A stretch of 64,000 bases of DNA, taken from positions 27,650 through 91,649 of the IMG/VR virus record IMGVR_UViG_3300017774_004344. One strand, 5' to 3'. The first letter of the stretch is position 1. The number at the start of each line of letters is the position of its first letter. The translations under genes and the position numbers were made by a program. This stretch comes from a virus. Shown here one piece after another: positions 1 to 9,024 of the stretch. The notes below the pieces were generated by a model, which was not told the origin of the DNA, ran no database searches, and saw nothing but the letters and a program-made list of their open reading frames with translations.

Positions 1-11
1 CTGAAAAGGAA

Positions 12-215
12 TCACCAAACTCCAGGGATAATCTGGCCGGTAAGGGCGTAAGAGCCGAGTGCAGCAATAACTCCAAGCATGGCCATCCTGCCATTAAGAG
101 TCTCTCCGACGGAGTCCCAAGCTACCATAGGCCGATAGTTGTCATCGACAGGGGTCATAGTGGGTTCTTTGGCGTAGATGTTGTTGCGATTACGATCTTC
201 GGTGGTTACGGTCAT
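12..215 (-). CDS. hli: High-light-inducible protein (Hli/Scp)
   Basis: ETLNGRMAMLG chlorophyll-binding helix and C-terminal TGQIIPGVW, typical of cyanophage Hli. Confidence 0.95.
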   Translation of the reverse strand: MTVTTEDRNRNNIYAKEPTMTPVDDNYRPMVAWDSVGETLNGRMAMLGVIAALGSYALTGQIIPGVW

Positions 216-238
216 TTCTTTCGGTTGTTTGACGATTT

Positions 239-266
239 ATTCTAGCTCGGCTTTTGGGCCGTAAAC
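239..266 (-). promoter_or_regulatory. Putative early promoter of hli (GTTTAC-N16-TAGAAT)
   Basis: Minus strand reads gtttac-16 nt-tagaat, 24 nt before the hli ATG; the same architecture recurs at 6297, 7396, 15875 and 18547. Confidence 0.55.
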
Positions 267-271
267 TTGCT

Positions 272-448
272 TCACCCTCCAGGCGATTCCAAGAACTGCT
301 TCTCCAGCATCAGTCGTTTCAGTGCCCTCTTTTTCTCTTTTTGCTTCTTCTTTTCGTTTAACCAAAGGCGGAAGTACATTAATTCCCCTTCGCTGTACAA
401 CTCTGGTTGTTCCAGTGCTCTCTTCACCAGCTTCGCAGTTTTCATCAT
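272..448 (-). CDS. Small basic hypothetical protein, 58 aa (MMKTAKLVKRALEQPELYSEGELMYFRLWL...), not in the ORF track
   Basis: Translated by hand; ATGA overlap with the speD stop; fills the gap on the coding strand. Confidence 0.7.
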   Translation of the reverse strand: MMKTAKLVKRALEQPELYSEGELMYFRLWLNEKKKQKEKKRALKRLMLEKQFLESPGG

Positions 449-783
449 CTCTCTACCTCTTTAATGGTGTAAGTGGGGCACCCAAGGTGCTTACAAAAAG
501 TTGATGCAATCTCAGACGAGGGCCTTCCTCCACAGGTAAACACATCGATTGCGGCTTCACCTTTTTCAGGCCACGTGTGAATTGAAAGATGACTTTCTGC
601 GAGCAATATAATACCAGTCAAACCTTGAGGGTCAAACTGGTGAAGGATAGGGTCGCTAAGAGCAACCAACCCATGCTCTAGAACCGTAAGTTCGAATGCT
701 TCCCGAAGTCGGTTGATGCAATTCAACTTATCAAAATCAGAATTGAAAACGCGAACTAGCGCGTGAGTACCAAGACTTTCCAA
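445..783 (-). CDS. speD: S-adenosylmethionine decarboxylase proenzyme
   Basis: LAESHLSIHTWPE autocleavage motif and DVFTCG. Confidence 0.93.
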   Translation of the reverse strand: MESLGTHALVRVFNSDFDKLNCINRLREAFELTVLEHGLVALSDPILHQFDPQGLTGIILLAESHLSIHTWPEKGEAAIDVFTCGGRPSSEIASTFCKHLGCPTYTIKEVER

Positions 784-799
784 TGCATACAGACCTCGA

Positions 800-1147
800 T
801 TATTCAGAAGAAGATTGTTCTAAAATTTGTTTTACCCCGTCTCTCAACTCCTTCAAGGTGAGAGCACCTTGCAAGAAACCAAGGTATTTTCCAGTTTTCC
901 CTAGAAACAGGTAAGTCGGAAAGTTAATCTCATACGTTCGAGAAACTGCGTACCGTTCAAGACACTGATAGATTCTCATTTTCGTTAGATCCCCCTCGTG
1001 GTCTCTTAGATTGTCGAAAGAAATTTCCTGGTAAGAAATCTCTGGGGAACCCTCGAACACGGACTTGTCAAACCGCGACATTGTGTCGCAGACCGAACAG
1101 CCGTGGTCGAAGACTTTGGTTACAATGACTTTGTTATCTTGTTTCAT
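800..1147 (-). CDS. Thioredoxin-fold protein
   Basis: CSVC (CxxC) near the N-terminus, FPTY cis-Pro motif, 115 aa. Confidence 0.75.
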   Translation of the reverse strand: MKQDNKVIVTKVFDHGCSVCDTMSRFDKSVFEGSPEISYQEISFDNLRDHEGDLTKMRIYQCLERYAVSRTYEINFPTYLFLGKTGKYLGFLQGALTLKELRDGVKQILEQSSSE

Positions 1148-1154
1148 ATGTCCC

Positions 1155-1772
1155 TCAAATAAAGTCTTGTAGTTCGGGAACTGCCTCTCTCACTTTCTTA
1201 GTGAAACGCGCAATGTGTCCGTTGGTAGCTTGCTTAGTAAGACCGTACTTTAGGGCCACCTCGCCTTGTCGCATGGGTTTTCTTCCAAGCAGTCCGAAGC
1301 GGTCGCAGACAATTAGAGCCCGCTTACTGTCCAGAGACCCGCAACCCTTCCTTACAAGTTCGGCAATGTCAATGTTAGAAAATTCTTCTTTCAGCTCGTA
1401 AGCATTCGGATCCTCGAGGTTGTGTGACCAGTCGGATTGCTCCAGAGATAGAGCATACTTCGGGTTCTTCTTCTCTTTTCGAGCTGCCCCTTGGACTGCG
1501 CCACGAACATTAGGATAAATCCAAGTCATTGGACGAATTGGTCTATCTTTGACTCTGAAGTCTAAGTCGAAAGTTTCGATTGCCTTAAGAACCCCGTCCA
1601 CAAGACCTACCTGTACGAGGTCATTATACATGTGGTCGGGCACCATAAATTTGTACTTATGGGCGAACTTGTGAACAAGGGGTGTGAACTTTCTCAGAGT
1701 CTCTGTTACAGCGCGAGAATCGCCCCGCACAGCGTTGTAAAAGGTTTCATCGGTGTACATGGTGTTTGTCAA
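1155..1772 (-). CDS. Phage RNA polymerase sigma factor, group 3 (SigF/SigB/FliA-like)
   Basis: Region 2 PLVHKFAHKY...DLVQVG...LKAIETFD...TWIYPNVRGAV; region 4 HTH RFGL...QGEVALKYGLTKQ; start may be the ATG at 1760. Confidence 0.85.
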   Translation of the reverse strand: MTNTMYTDETFYNAVRGDSRAVTETLRKFTPLVHKFAHKYKFMVPDHMYNDLVQVGLVDGVLKAIETFDLDFRVKDRPIRPMTWIYPNVRGAVQGAARKEKKNPKYALSLEQSDWSHNLEDPNAYELKEEFSNIDIAELVRKGCGSLDSKRALIVCDRFGLLGRKPMRQGEVALKYGLTKQATNGHIARFTKKVREAVPELQDFI

Positions 1773-1780
1773 CTCCTATA

Positions 1781-1846
1781 AGTATACTGTCTCTAAGGGC
1801 GAAAGACAATGCCGGTTTACCGGCTATACAGGGCGGTTTACCGCCC
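1781..1846 (-). promoter_or_regulatory. sigma70-type promoter (TTGTCT-17-TATACT) with two upstream palindromic CGGTaaACCG boxes
   Basis: -10 at 1781-1786, -35 at 1804-1809; palindromes gccggtttaccggc (1811-1824) and gggcggtttaccgccc (1831-1846). Confidence 0.65.
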
Positions 1847-1851
1847 ATCCC

Positions 1852-2118
1852 CTACTTTTCTAAATTTTGATATTCTTCCAGTAGAGCCATGGAAGGTAAT
1901 CTTTCGTTGTTTTGGCGCATGACCCATAAACAAGCTGCTTTCTGAGTCATCCACGCGGAGAGTAACTGCTTAGCGAGTGCTTTCAACTCAGAAGCATTAT
2001 CGCAGGAGTCAATAGCTCTTTGCATTTTTTCTAACTCGAAAGTTTGAGTCAGAGTCAAAGCAATTGCGTCCGGCTGGTTGGACTCAGTTGGGATGTCGGG
2101 ATTCATCGGTTTCGTCAA
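1852..2118 (-). CDS. nblA: Phycobilisome degradation adaptor NblA-like protein
   Basis: IALTLTQTFELEKMQRAIDS...ELKALAKQLL...Q resembles the NblA LSLEQxF two-helix pattern; probable start 2106. Confidence 0.7.
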   Translation of the reverse strand: MTKPMNPDIPTESNQPDAIALTLTQTFELEKMQRAIDSCDNASELKALAKQLLSAWMTQKAACLWVMRQNNERLPSMALLEEYQNLEK

Positions 2119-2605
2119 AGTAATAAACAGGAACTCCTACTTCTAGTAAAAGATCACTGGAGGTTCTGAAATTGTCCGACCACTTCGAGCCTTGTAAGGC
2201 AGGAGGTGGGCAAATAATCTTTTCAACTCCTGCTTGTATGAGCATACTTGCGCATAGTGAACAAGGGTGAAAAGTTACGTAAGCGGTAGTTCCTTCTAGT
2301 GTGACCCCCTTTCGAGTCGCATCTATTATCGCGTTTGCTTCTGCGTGGATAATGACTTTACCCTTATAATCCGGATCTGTTAAGCGTTTCAGGTCGTCAG
2401 ACAACCCTTCAGGAAACCCGTTAAACCCTTTGCAAACTTCTCTCTTCCCTCTTACCAAGACACATCCAACTTTTCTTTTCGGGTCTTTGCTCCAAGAGGA
2501 AACTTCTCTGGCTCGGCGAAGGAACCTAAAGTCCCATTCGGAGAGAAAGGGTGTGCCCCTTAAGGAGCAATCAGCGATTGTCACCGCTTCCCTGTAAAAC
2601 GCCAC
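2084..2605 (-). CDS. dCMP deaminase
   Basis: SKDP..KVGC, GFNG, HAEANA and PCSLC zinc-deaminase motifs. Confidence 0.92.
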   Translation of the reverse strand: MAFYREAVTIADCSLRGTPFLSEWDFRFLRRAREVSSWSKDPKRKVGCVLVRGKREVCKGFNGFPEGLSDDLKRLTDPDYKGKVIIHAEANAIIDATRKGVTLEGTTAYVTFHPCSLCASMLIQAGVEKIICPPPALQGSKWSDNFRTSSDLLLEVGVPVYYFDETDESRHPN

Positions 2606-2897
2606 GTTCAGACCTGGAGGATAGTTTCTCTAAGTTCAGTTGAGCAATGTCCTCTAAGGAATAATCAATTTCGGCGGCAAGTTGGGAAATATACCACATA
2701 ACGTCTCCGACTTCTTTTGCAATCTGTTCTCTCTTTACATCGGTGATAACTCCTTGGTCGTCGCGGAGGATTTTCTTAACTTTCTCTGCTACCTCTCCCG
2801 CTTCCCCGCATAAGCCAAGAGCACAATACTCAAGTGCCTTGTCAAAGGGGTAAACAGCGGTGGCGCGTGTTCGTTGTTGGTAAGTGTTTAGATCCAT
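2571..2897 (-). CDS. mazG: MazG-like nucleoside triphosphate pyrophosphohydrolase
   Basis: GEAGEVAEKVKK...KEVGDVMWY...NLEKL..R...G...GSGDNR. Confidence 0.88.
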   Translation of the reverse strand: MDLNTYQQRTRATAVYPFDKALEYCALGLCGEAGEVAEKVKKILRDDQGVITDVKREQIAKEVGDVMWYISQLAAEIDYSLEDIAQLNLEKLSSRSERGVLQGSGDNR

Positions 2898-2947
2898 TTT
2901 TTTGGTTGAAATTCGAATACAGTTTAGCGGTTTTATGGGTCGTATAC

Positions 2948-3448
2948 TCAGAAGCTGAATTCAACTTCTTCAACTTCCCCCTCTTCAACCATCGCCTCAT
3001 AGGACTTTTTGACGAGGCCCAAGTTGAAACGAATAGTTGTTGGAATTTTCCCAGCGAATTTTGAAACCCCTCTAAGCATATCTTGGGCTGCAAGGACATC
3101 ATAGTCAAACGTTTCCACGTTCCTTTCGGGGAAGAAAATGTTTAAGCTCAGGTCACTGCCTTCGGGAATGAACTGTAGAGTCGCTTGGTTTAAAACGATT
3201 GATCTTTGAGTGTCAGTAGTTTGAGACCGTAAAGACACTAGGAGAGTCAACCATTCCAAGTTGTTATAGTGGTTACCAAGAGGAGAGAACAGGTCAAAAC
3301 TGGCAGGAAAAACTCGGTACCCGTAGTCAGCTTCAGCTTCAGCAACTACCGTAACGTGGGTTAAATAAACTTCTTGGTGACCGGACTTCCCTCTTTTTAC
3401 AAGGCTTTCATTCAGGTAGCTGTGCGGATCTTTGTAAGTTTGTGCCAT
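2948..3448 (-). CDS. Hypothetical protein with acidic/aromatic C-terminus (EEVEFSF)
   Basis: ORF in the coding strand, overlapping its upstream neighbour. Confidence 0.65.
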   Translation of the reverse strand: MAQTYKDPHSYLNESLVKRGKSGHQEVYLTHVTVVAEAEADYGYRVFPASFDLFSPLGNHYNNLEWLTLLVSLRSQTTDTQRSIVLNQATLQFIPEGSDLSLNIFFPERNVETFDYDVLAAQDMLRGVSKFAGKIPTTIRFNLGLVKKSYEAMVEEGEVEEVEFSF

Positions 3449-3863
3449 TTGGTTCAGGATGTTCGTAAACTACATAGCCACCGTTCGTGACATTTCGGAA
3501 GGGATCGTTGGGAAGCACTTCCGTTGTATTATTGCGGATGCGGTTCTTTCGTAAACCCTCTTCGTCTCCGAACTGAGGGTGCTTGCTAAGGAGGTCCCAA
3601 ACGTGCCTCTTAGACTCAATGCTGAAAGCGCCAAAGTATCGGTCAACGGCGTTATTTTCCGATCCGGAAGTTGTTCTCAGAGGGTTAGCCTCAGCGAAGG
3701 TTTTTTCTTTCGGCTGAGATAAGTCTTCACGAGACTTTATTTTGCGCTGCAGAGAGCGCTTCAAGCTGAAAGAACCCGACCCGTTACCGTACCCACCCTG
3801 AGAGTTGATAGGGGTGGGCAGGTCAGGCTGTGAATCTTCCGGATTTTGGAAAAGTCCGTTCAT
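3408..3863 (-). CDS. Hypothetical protein
   Basis: Translationally coupled (TGATG) to the upstream ORF. Confidence 0.65.
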   Translation of the reverse strand: MNGLFQNPEDSQPDLPTPINSQGGYGNGSGSFSLKRSLQRKIKSREDLSQPKEKTFAEANPLRTTSGSENNAVDRYFGAFSIESKRHVWDLLSKHPQFGDEEGLRKNRIRNNTTEVLPNDPFRNVTNGGYVVYEHPEPNGTNLQRSAQLPE

Positions 3864-4243
3864 CAGTTGAGTGGTAAACGTAGCGAAGGTACGAAAGAAT
3901 TCTCGCTAACTTTGCGAACTCCGATAATGTACTTCGTTGCAAAGTATTGTCCGGGTTCCGGGATCAAGTAGCCGAATTTTACAATTTGCCACAAAGAAAC
4001 TAAGTGGAAAGCGTAATCGATGTGCTCGGTTCCTTCCACGAAAGTTTTCACAAGAAGTCGAGGAGTGTATAACTCACAGAAACAATTCAGTTCTTGAACT
4101 GTTCCAATCATGTCGTATAACCCAGCGGGATCGTCTGCCAGAGTAAACCCTTCGGATTTAAGTTGTTCCTTGAGTCGCAGTTGTTTTTGACATTCGTAAG
4201 TAAATGAATCCACGAGAGTTTGTTCTGGGGTTTGTATGTTCAT
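3863..4243 (-). CDS. Hypothetical protein
   Basis: ATGA overlap with the helicase stop. Confidence 0.7.
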   Translation of the reverse strand: MNIQTPEQTLVDSFTYECQKQLRLKEQLKSEGFTLADDPAGLYDMIGTVQELNCFCELYTPRLLVKTFVEGTEHIDYAFHLVSLWQIVKFGYLIPEPGQYFATKYIIGVRKVSENSFVPSLRLPLN

Positions 4244-6264
4244 ACTTTTACCCCCTTGCTTTCATAGAGTTTTTTACGAGCGGATTCTCGGAACTTCTCT
4301 GCACGGTCAGGAGAATAGTGCTTATCGAGAAGCCAATCATCAAAACATACCGCTTTCGGGTCGAGCAGTCTTTCCTTGTCGATCTCTTCCATAAATCCCA
4401 CCAACTTTCTGCCCTCAACCACAAGCTCCTCTTGAGCGTGGCGGCAGTTGTTCCAATTCTCGATGACGTAGTTCGCTTCGCCCCCAATCTTGAAACCGTC
4501 TCTCATCACCAATTTCTCCATGATTTCTCGGATGAGTGTAAGAGCGGTTTTATCTTTGGTTTCTTTTCGAAGCCCGGTGGTATCGTCGAACAGGCTTTCC
4601 TTAGCAAGAGAAATTGCCTTTTTAACAGACTCCCATCTCAACTCTCGGAAACCTTGATAGTAGTGGGTTGAAGTTCTTCCTGCAAGCTCCCACTCCCTCT
4701 TCATTCGAGCTGTCAGGTGTTGGCAAGAGGGGTCTACTCCTACGAAGTAAAGAGATTGTAGATAATCATAAAGAACGTCCGGTGTCATTTCAGGCATGAA
4801 ATCCCACTCTGATTGCGTCCTCACAGAGTGAGCGAACGCCATCGCGTTCACGAGAGCCTGAGTAACGTCTGCCTTGAAGCGAATCCGTTGACGTGTAGTC
4901 CAGTAGCGAACTTCCACCTGAAGTCTGTTTATGCTTGGGTCTGAGGTATCTTGGATAACTTCCCAGAAGCGATCCGTTGCTAGACGAAGGCACCACAAAT
5001 ATAGAGCGTCTTTGCTAACGCCAAGTTTATTAGCCAAGTAAGGAATGTGAGCACGGGGTCTTAGGTCAGGGGTGCCCTCACAAACTGTTCCTTCTAAGTT
5101 TTCCCTATTTTTAGCAACTTCATATTCTCTGTAAGTACTAATTAGCTTGATCCTATCAATGATTCCGGGATCCAAATCATAGGCGAATTTGCTATTCCAG
5201 TCATTGGCATTTAGAAGAAGTACAGTTTTTGGCCAAACTTCCTCTGAGTTTCGAAACTTGTCCTCAACTGTGAAGATACCCCCGGTGATCAGGATCTTTG
5301 TTTCTTCTGCGGCCAAGAATTTTTTCAAGGAAGGGAGTGCCGTATCATCTTTGTAAGCGATGTCGCTCAACGCGACTTTCTTTAAACCGAACCGGTCTTC
5401 TGTTGACTTGAAAGAATGGGTGATGAAACCGCACTTAGAGAAAGCAGCAGTCATGCCATTGAAGATGGTGCTCTTCCCTAATCCTGGATCTTTACCCACG
5501 ATCACCCCCGCCATACGAGCAGTGTGATCTACTTTGTCTTTTCTACCTGGCGGAAGATGATCTGTTCTACCAACCCCTATGCGGCCCATGATAAGCTTAA
5601 GCATCTCACACTCGGCTTCAGGGAAGATAGTAAATACGTCTCTAATTGATACTTTATGCAAAGCGGGGTCAAACCATTCTCTATCTGGCACCCACACACG
5701 AGGGTTCATTACTGGCTCCCCACCGAACCTACCCGCAGGATCAAAAGTATGACCGTAATCTAAAGTTTCACTAAGGTTTTTACTCTGGTTAACTTTTCTC
5801 ATCTTCAATAACCTTTCGCTGAAAGAAAGAAGAGGTGAATCTCCCGCCTTAGGGCTGTATAAAGGTTCCCAGAATGTTCTCACTTCGTCTGGACACAAGT
5901 CAGGATGAAAGCATGTTTCTACACGCTCAAAGTCATCATAGACAGAGATGTCTTGTAAGGGGTTAAAGTCTGCAGGATAACGAATGCCTCGAACCATCTG
6001 CGGGGGTGAGGGCTTCAATATTCTGTGTAAACAATGGTCACCATTTTCGTCAATTTCTACGGTAAAACCTTTCGCCTTCAAAAGGGTAATACCCGCATTG
6101 TAAAGTTCTGATACTCTCGTTGGCGCTTTTTTCTTCTTTTCTTGTTTTTCCTCTCCGTCTTTCTTCGAGCGGAAGGAAGTTGCTTTGTTTCTTTCTCGGG
6201 CTTCGTTCAGGATACCAATTTCCTGTTTCGTACTTCCGAGTCCCCCAGAAAAGGGATCTGCCAT
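4240..6264 (-). CDS. P-loop NTPase, probable SF3/D5-like (primase-associated) DNA helicase
   Basis: GVIVGKDPGLGKST Walker A, AYKDD Walker B, LITGG...EDKF and LLLNAN motif C. Confidence 0.65.
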   Translation of the reverse strand: MADPFSGGLGSTKQEIGILNEARERNKATSFRSKKDGEEKQEKKKKAPTRVSELYNAGITLLKAKGFTVEIDENGDHCLHRILKPSPPQMVRGIRYPADFNPLQDISVYDDFERVETCFHPDLCPDEVRTFWEPLYSPKAGDSPLLSFSERLLKMRKVNQSKNLSETLDYGHTFDPAGRFGGEPVMNPRVWVPDREWFDPALHKVSIRDVFTIFPEAECEMLKLIMGRIGVGRTDHLPPGRKDKVDHTARMAGVIVGKDPGLGKSTIFNGMTAAFSKCGFITHSFKSTEDRFGLKKVALSDIAYKDDTALPSLKKFLAAEETKILITGGIFTVEDKFRNSEEVWPKTVLLLNANDWNSKFAYDLDPGIIDRIKLISTYREYEVAKNRENLEGTVCEGTPDLRPRAHIPYLANKLGVSKDALYLWCLRLATDRFWEVIQDTSDPSINRLQVEVRYWTTRQRIRFKADVTQALVNAMAFAHSVRTQSEWDFMPEMTPDVLYDYLQSLYFVGVDPSCQHLTARMKREWELAGRTSTHYYQGFRELRWESVKKAISLAKESLFDDTTGLRKETKDKTALTLIREIMEKLVMRDGFKIGGEANYVIENWNNCRHAQEELVVEGRKLVGFMEEIDKERLLDPKAVCFDDWLLDKHYSPDRAEKFRESARKKLYESKGVKV

Positions 6265-6296
6265 ATAGCCTCTTGTTGTTTAGGGTTTGACGGTGT

Positions 6297-6333
6297 AGTA
6301 TAGCAAAAGACCCCAGCGGTAAGCCAGGGTCTT
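6297..6333 (-). terminator. Intrinsic terminator hairpin overlapping a putative promoter (GCTTAC-N16-TATACT) for the helicase
   Basis: Minus strand aagaccctggc-ttac-cgctggggtctttt, immediately followed by gctatact. Confidence 0.6.
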
Positions 6334-6365
6334 ATAAATCTAAGAGTTCACCTTAGAGGGACTTA

Positions 6366-7337
6366 TCAAAAGTCCAGGTCGAAGCTCTCGGGATTTTGAA
6401 CAAAGTTCGGGCACTTCAAGGTAACCTTGGCGGCAGGGTTGCCGTTGTACTCATAGTGCTCGATAACTTTAAGTGTTGCCGGAGCATCAGAAGTGATCAG
6501 GGGTTCGGCAGCTAGAATTTTCTTCATTGCTCCGTTCGGTTTTACGATAACCCAATCAGAGATTTCGGTGTCTTGGTCAACCCACTCCCCATCGACTTGA
6601 GTGCGAATTGGAGCCACGAAAGGCTCAGACACTTTCGCTTGGAGGAAGTAGTCTGTTCCATAAGCTCCACCTTCCTTAACCCTGTAAGAGGTGATTGTGT
6701 ACTCACCGAGGGGCAAATACGCGACCTTAAGGAAGGGACCGATAAGGCGCTCTCCACCGGAGCTTTCACCACGCTTCGAGATGTCTGGTGCGGCGTAAAC
6801 CTTTTCAGCAATTGCTTCAGGGTTTTCGTCGAGCAGAAGCTCAAGAAGATCTGCGGGTAGTTCTTCCTTGATTTCCTTCTTACGAATTGTAATGGGCAGG
6901 GTGTAGAGAGTTCCATCTCCCTGTGCTGAGACAGAAAGAACGGGCTCGGTGTACTTACCGATCTGCTCATCTTTGAACGCGAACTTGGTGCCCTTCGGTG
7001 CATTCGCTACGCCGATTTTACCGGGAGCTACAAGGAGGGGGATGTCGCGGTCGCCCCAACGAATCACCAAACCGCCTTCTTCAGTTGAGAAGATTGTAGG
7101 AGAGTACAAACGTTGGAAAGTTCCGTTGGCGTCGGCCTTCACAGTGAAGGTAGACCCTTCGAGGTCAAAGTCTTCGCCGGTTAGGGCCTTGAAGACTGTG
7201 GACAAACCGTTACGGTAAGTCTCAGGGAGTGCTCTATTCGGGATATCCGTGTATGCCCTTGTGTAGCTCTTCGACTCAAGCCGAGCGCGGTTCTTATCGT
7301 CAAGTTGGGGCAGGATTTTGAATGTAGTTACAGCCAT
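6366..7337 (-). CDS. Putative single-stranded DNA-binding / replication protein
   Basis: Beta-rich, upstream of the helicase, acidic-aromatic tail ESFDLDF; ATG at 7337 (MAVTTF) preferred over TTG at 7391. Confidence 0.5.
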   Translation of the reverse strand: MAVTTFKILPQLDDKNRARLESKSYTRAYTDIPNRALPETYRNGLSTVFKALTGEDFDLEGSTFTVKADANGTFQRLYSPTIFSTEEGGLVIRWGDRDIPLLVAPGKIGVANAPKGTKFAFKDEQIGKYTEPVLSVSAQGDGTLYTLPITIRKKEIKEELPADLLELLLDENPEAIAEKVYAAPDISKRGESSGGERLIGPFLKVAYLPLGEYTITSYRVKEGGAYGTDYFLQAKVSEPFVAPIRTQVDGEWVDQDTEISDWVIVKPNGAMKKILAAEPLITSDAPATLKVIEHYEYNGNPAAKVTLKCPNFVQNPESFDLDF

Positions 7338-7395
7338 TTTGTTACTGGTTAAGAACGCGATAACCTGAGCCTTATTGCTCAGCACGTTCAAAACA

Positions 7396-7424
7396 AGTAT
7401 AGGCTTTCCCTGAGACGGGTAAAC
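7396..7424 (-). promoter_or_regulatory. Putative early promoter (GTTTAC-N17-TATACT)
   Basis: Intergenic; same class as 239, 6297 and 18547. Confidence 0.55.
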
Positions 7425-9023
7425 CTATCGACCCTCAAGACGAAGCCTGTTTAGATCTCGCACTTTGTCAATAGATAGGTTTATAACGCCACTTCCATTT
7501 ATGGCTCTTATATTCAAGTACTTGGTTAAGTAATCATAGAGGGCCTTGTCTGTTATCAGAGTTTGAGAAGTTCCGAAAGGTTTGGCCAACTGTTGAAAAG
7601 AGTCCAAAGTTCCTTTTGGAGTTCCTACTGTAGCTGCCGTTCGGGGGGTTTCTGACGCCTGGGTAGTTTGAGTTGCTTTGTTGAAACCTAACAACCCCCA
7701 AGCATATTCATGCCAGCCTTCAAGAGTTCCAGTGGTTCCAACTAAATTTTTGGCTTTAGCTTTCCTTAGCCATTCTTCGCCGAGTTTCTTATTCATCAAA
7801 TTGCCTAGGCCGTATTGTCTGCTAGCTTGTACGGAAATTTCAACACCCCCGTCAGTCTGCGAGTATTCTATCCCATTTACCAACCAATCTTCCATGTACG
7901 TTCCACTGTAATTCGGAATGAAAATTATGTCGCTTGGCTTAATTCCAGTTAGAGCTGGGCACATGAATAATGTAGTGCTCAACTTAGAGCCTCGTTCTTG
8001 TTGGATTTCTATCTTTCTCTTTTCGCCGTCTTGGTTTTCTTTAAGCCTCACTCCGGGTCTCGCTCTTGAGTTTGCGGTGTTACCTGCTCCGCTTCTGTTC
8101 TGGGATTGGGCTGCAGCTGCAGCTTGTTGACTTTGCGGTGTAGTCGGCGTGGGTTGTCCCTGTGTTCCAGGGTCTGGCGCCTGCACCTTAGCTTGAGTGC
8201 TGTCTAAACTCGTTTGTGTTTTCTGAGGTGGCTGCCATTCTGAAGTTTTCGTGATCGTGTTAATAATTCCGGGTCCCAAGAAGTATCCGTATCTCACTGA
8301 CGGATCTGGAAATTGGCTCTGTGCGGGAAGTTCTTCAACTGTTTTGCTATCCGATAGGTAGGGACCTAACACAACGCAGTTTGCAGACAACTTTTTAACT
8401 CCTCCCGGGGAAACAATGTTTGAGGCCATGACTAGACTTCCTGTCTGTTCAAACAGATTTTTCACACTGTCAAGGTAGTTGGTTCCTTCCGAGTAATTTG
8501 AAAGAACTTTCGTTGTTTTTAAGTTTTCTTGAGTCTGGGGTGTTATTTTTACGAGATCATACTTATCGACACCGAACGTATAGTTCAACTGCGACAGGTT
8601 AGTCAAAGGCGAAGAACCCTGGTCACTGGCTTGTGCTGTGCTCTTTATATTCGCGTTCACGAGACCGTCAAGTTCAGAGGCAAGTTTCACCTCAAGAGAC
8701 ATCTCTTTTCCGTAGATTTCTGTTTGTCCTGACCACACGAATGAAAAAGTTATCGAGCGGCCATTCAAGTAGTAGTATCTGACGGTTATGGTCTTGTTGA
8801 TAGAAGTTTCCAGTAAATTCTCATAAACTCTGAAAGCTGCTCCTGTTGGGTTCCAGCGCATGGAACCTGTAGGGGTTTGGCCAGAATCTTGTAAAGAAAC
8901 CCTCACAGCATAAACCAGAGGTTGATTTGTAAGTTCAGTAGTACTACCATCGAAGCTGTAGTTCATCAGGTTCACCTCTCCCCAGACAACTTCGCAGCGT
9001 GGAATTATTAAGCTATTTGTCAT
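7425..9023 (-). CDS. Tail/baseplate hub-like structural protein
   Basis: Directly follows the tape measure gene; C-terminal beta pattern P.I.P.D.I...W.V..I.Y typical of hub proteins. Confidence 0.5.
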   Translation of the reverse strand: MTNSLIIPRCEVVWGEVNLMNYSFDGSTTELTNQPLVYAVRVSLQDSGQTPTGSMRWNPTGAAFRVYENLLETSINKTITVRYYYLNGRSITFSFVWSGQTEIYGKEMSLEVKLASELDGLVNANIKSTAQASDQGSSPLTNLSQLNYTFGVDKYDLVKITPQTQENLKTTKVLSNYSEGTNYLDSVKNLFEQTGSLVMASNIVSPGGVKKLSANCVVLGPYLSDSKTVEELPAQSQFPDPSVRYGYFLGPGIINTITKTSEWQPPQKTQTSLDSTQAKVQAPDPGTQGQPTPTTPQSQQAAAAAQSQNRSGAGNTANSRARPGVRLKENQDGEKRKIEIQQERGSKLSTTLFMCPALTGIKPSDIIFIPNYSGTYMEDWLVNGIEYSQTDGGVEISVQASRQYGLGNLMNKKLGEEWLRKAKAKNLVGTTGTLEGWHEYAWGLLGFNKATQTTQASETPRTAATVGTPKGTLDSFQQLAKPFGTSQTLITDKALYDYLTKYLNIRAINGSGVINLSIDKVRDLNRLRLEGR

Positions 9024-9024
9024 A

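Noticed and set aside
4246-4253. GGGTAAAA immediately before ORF 3863-4243
   Set aside because: Only 2 nt from the ATG and inside helicase codons; it does not fit the 20-50 nt spacing of the other copies.
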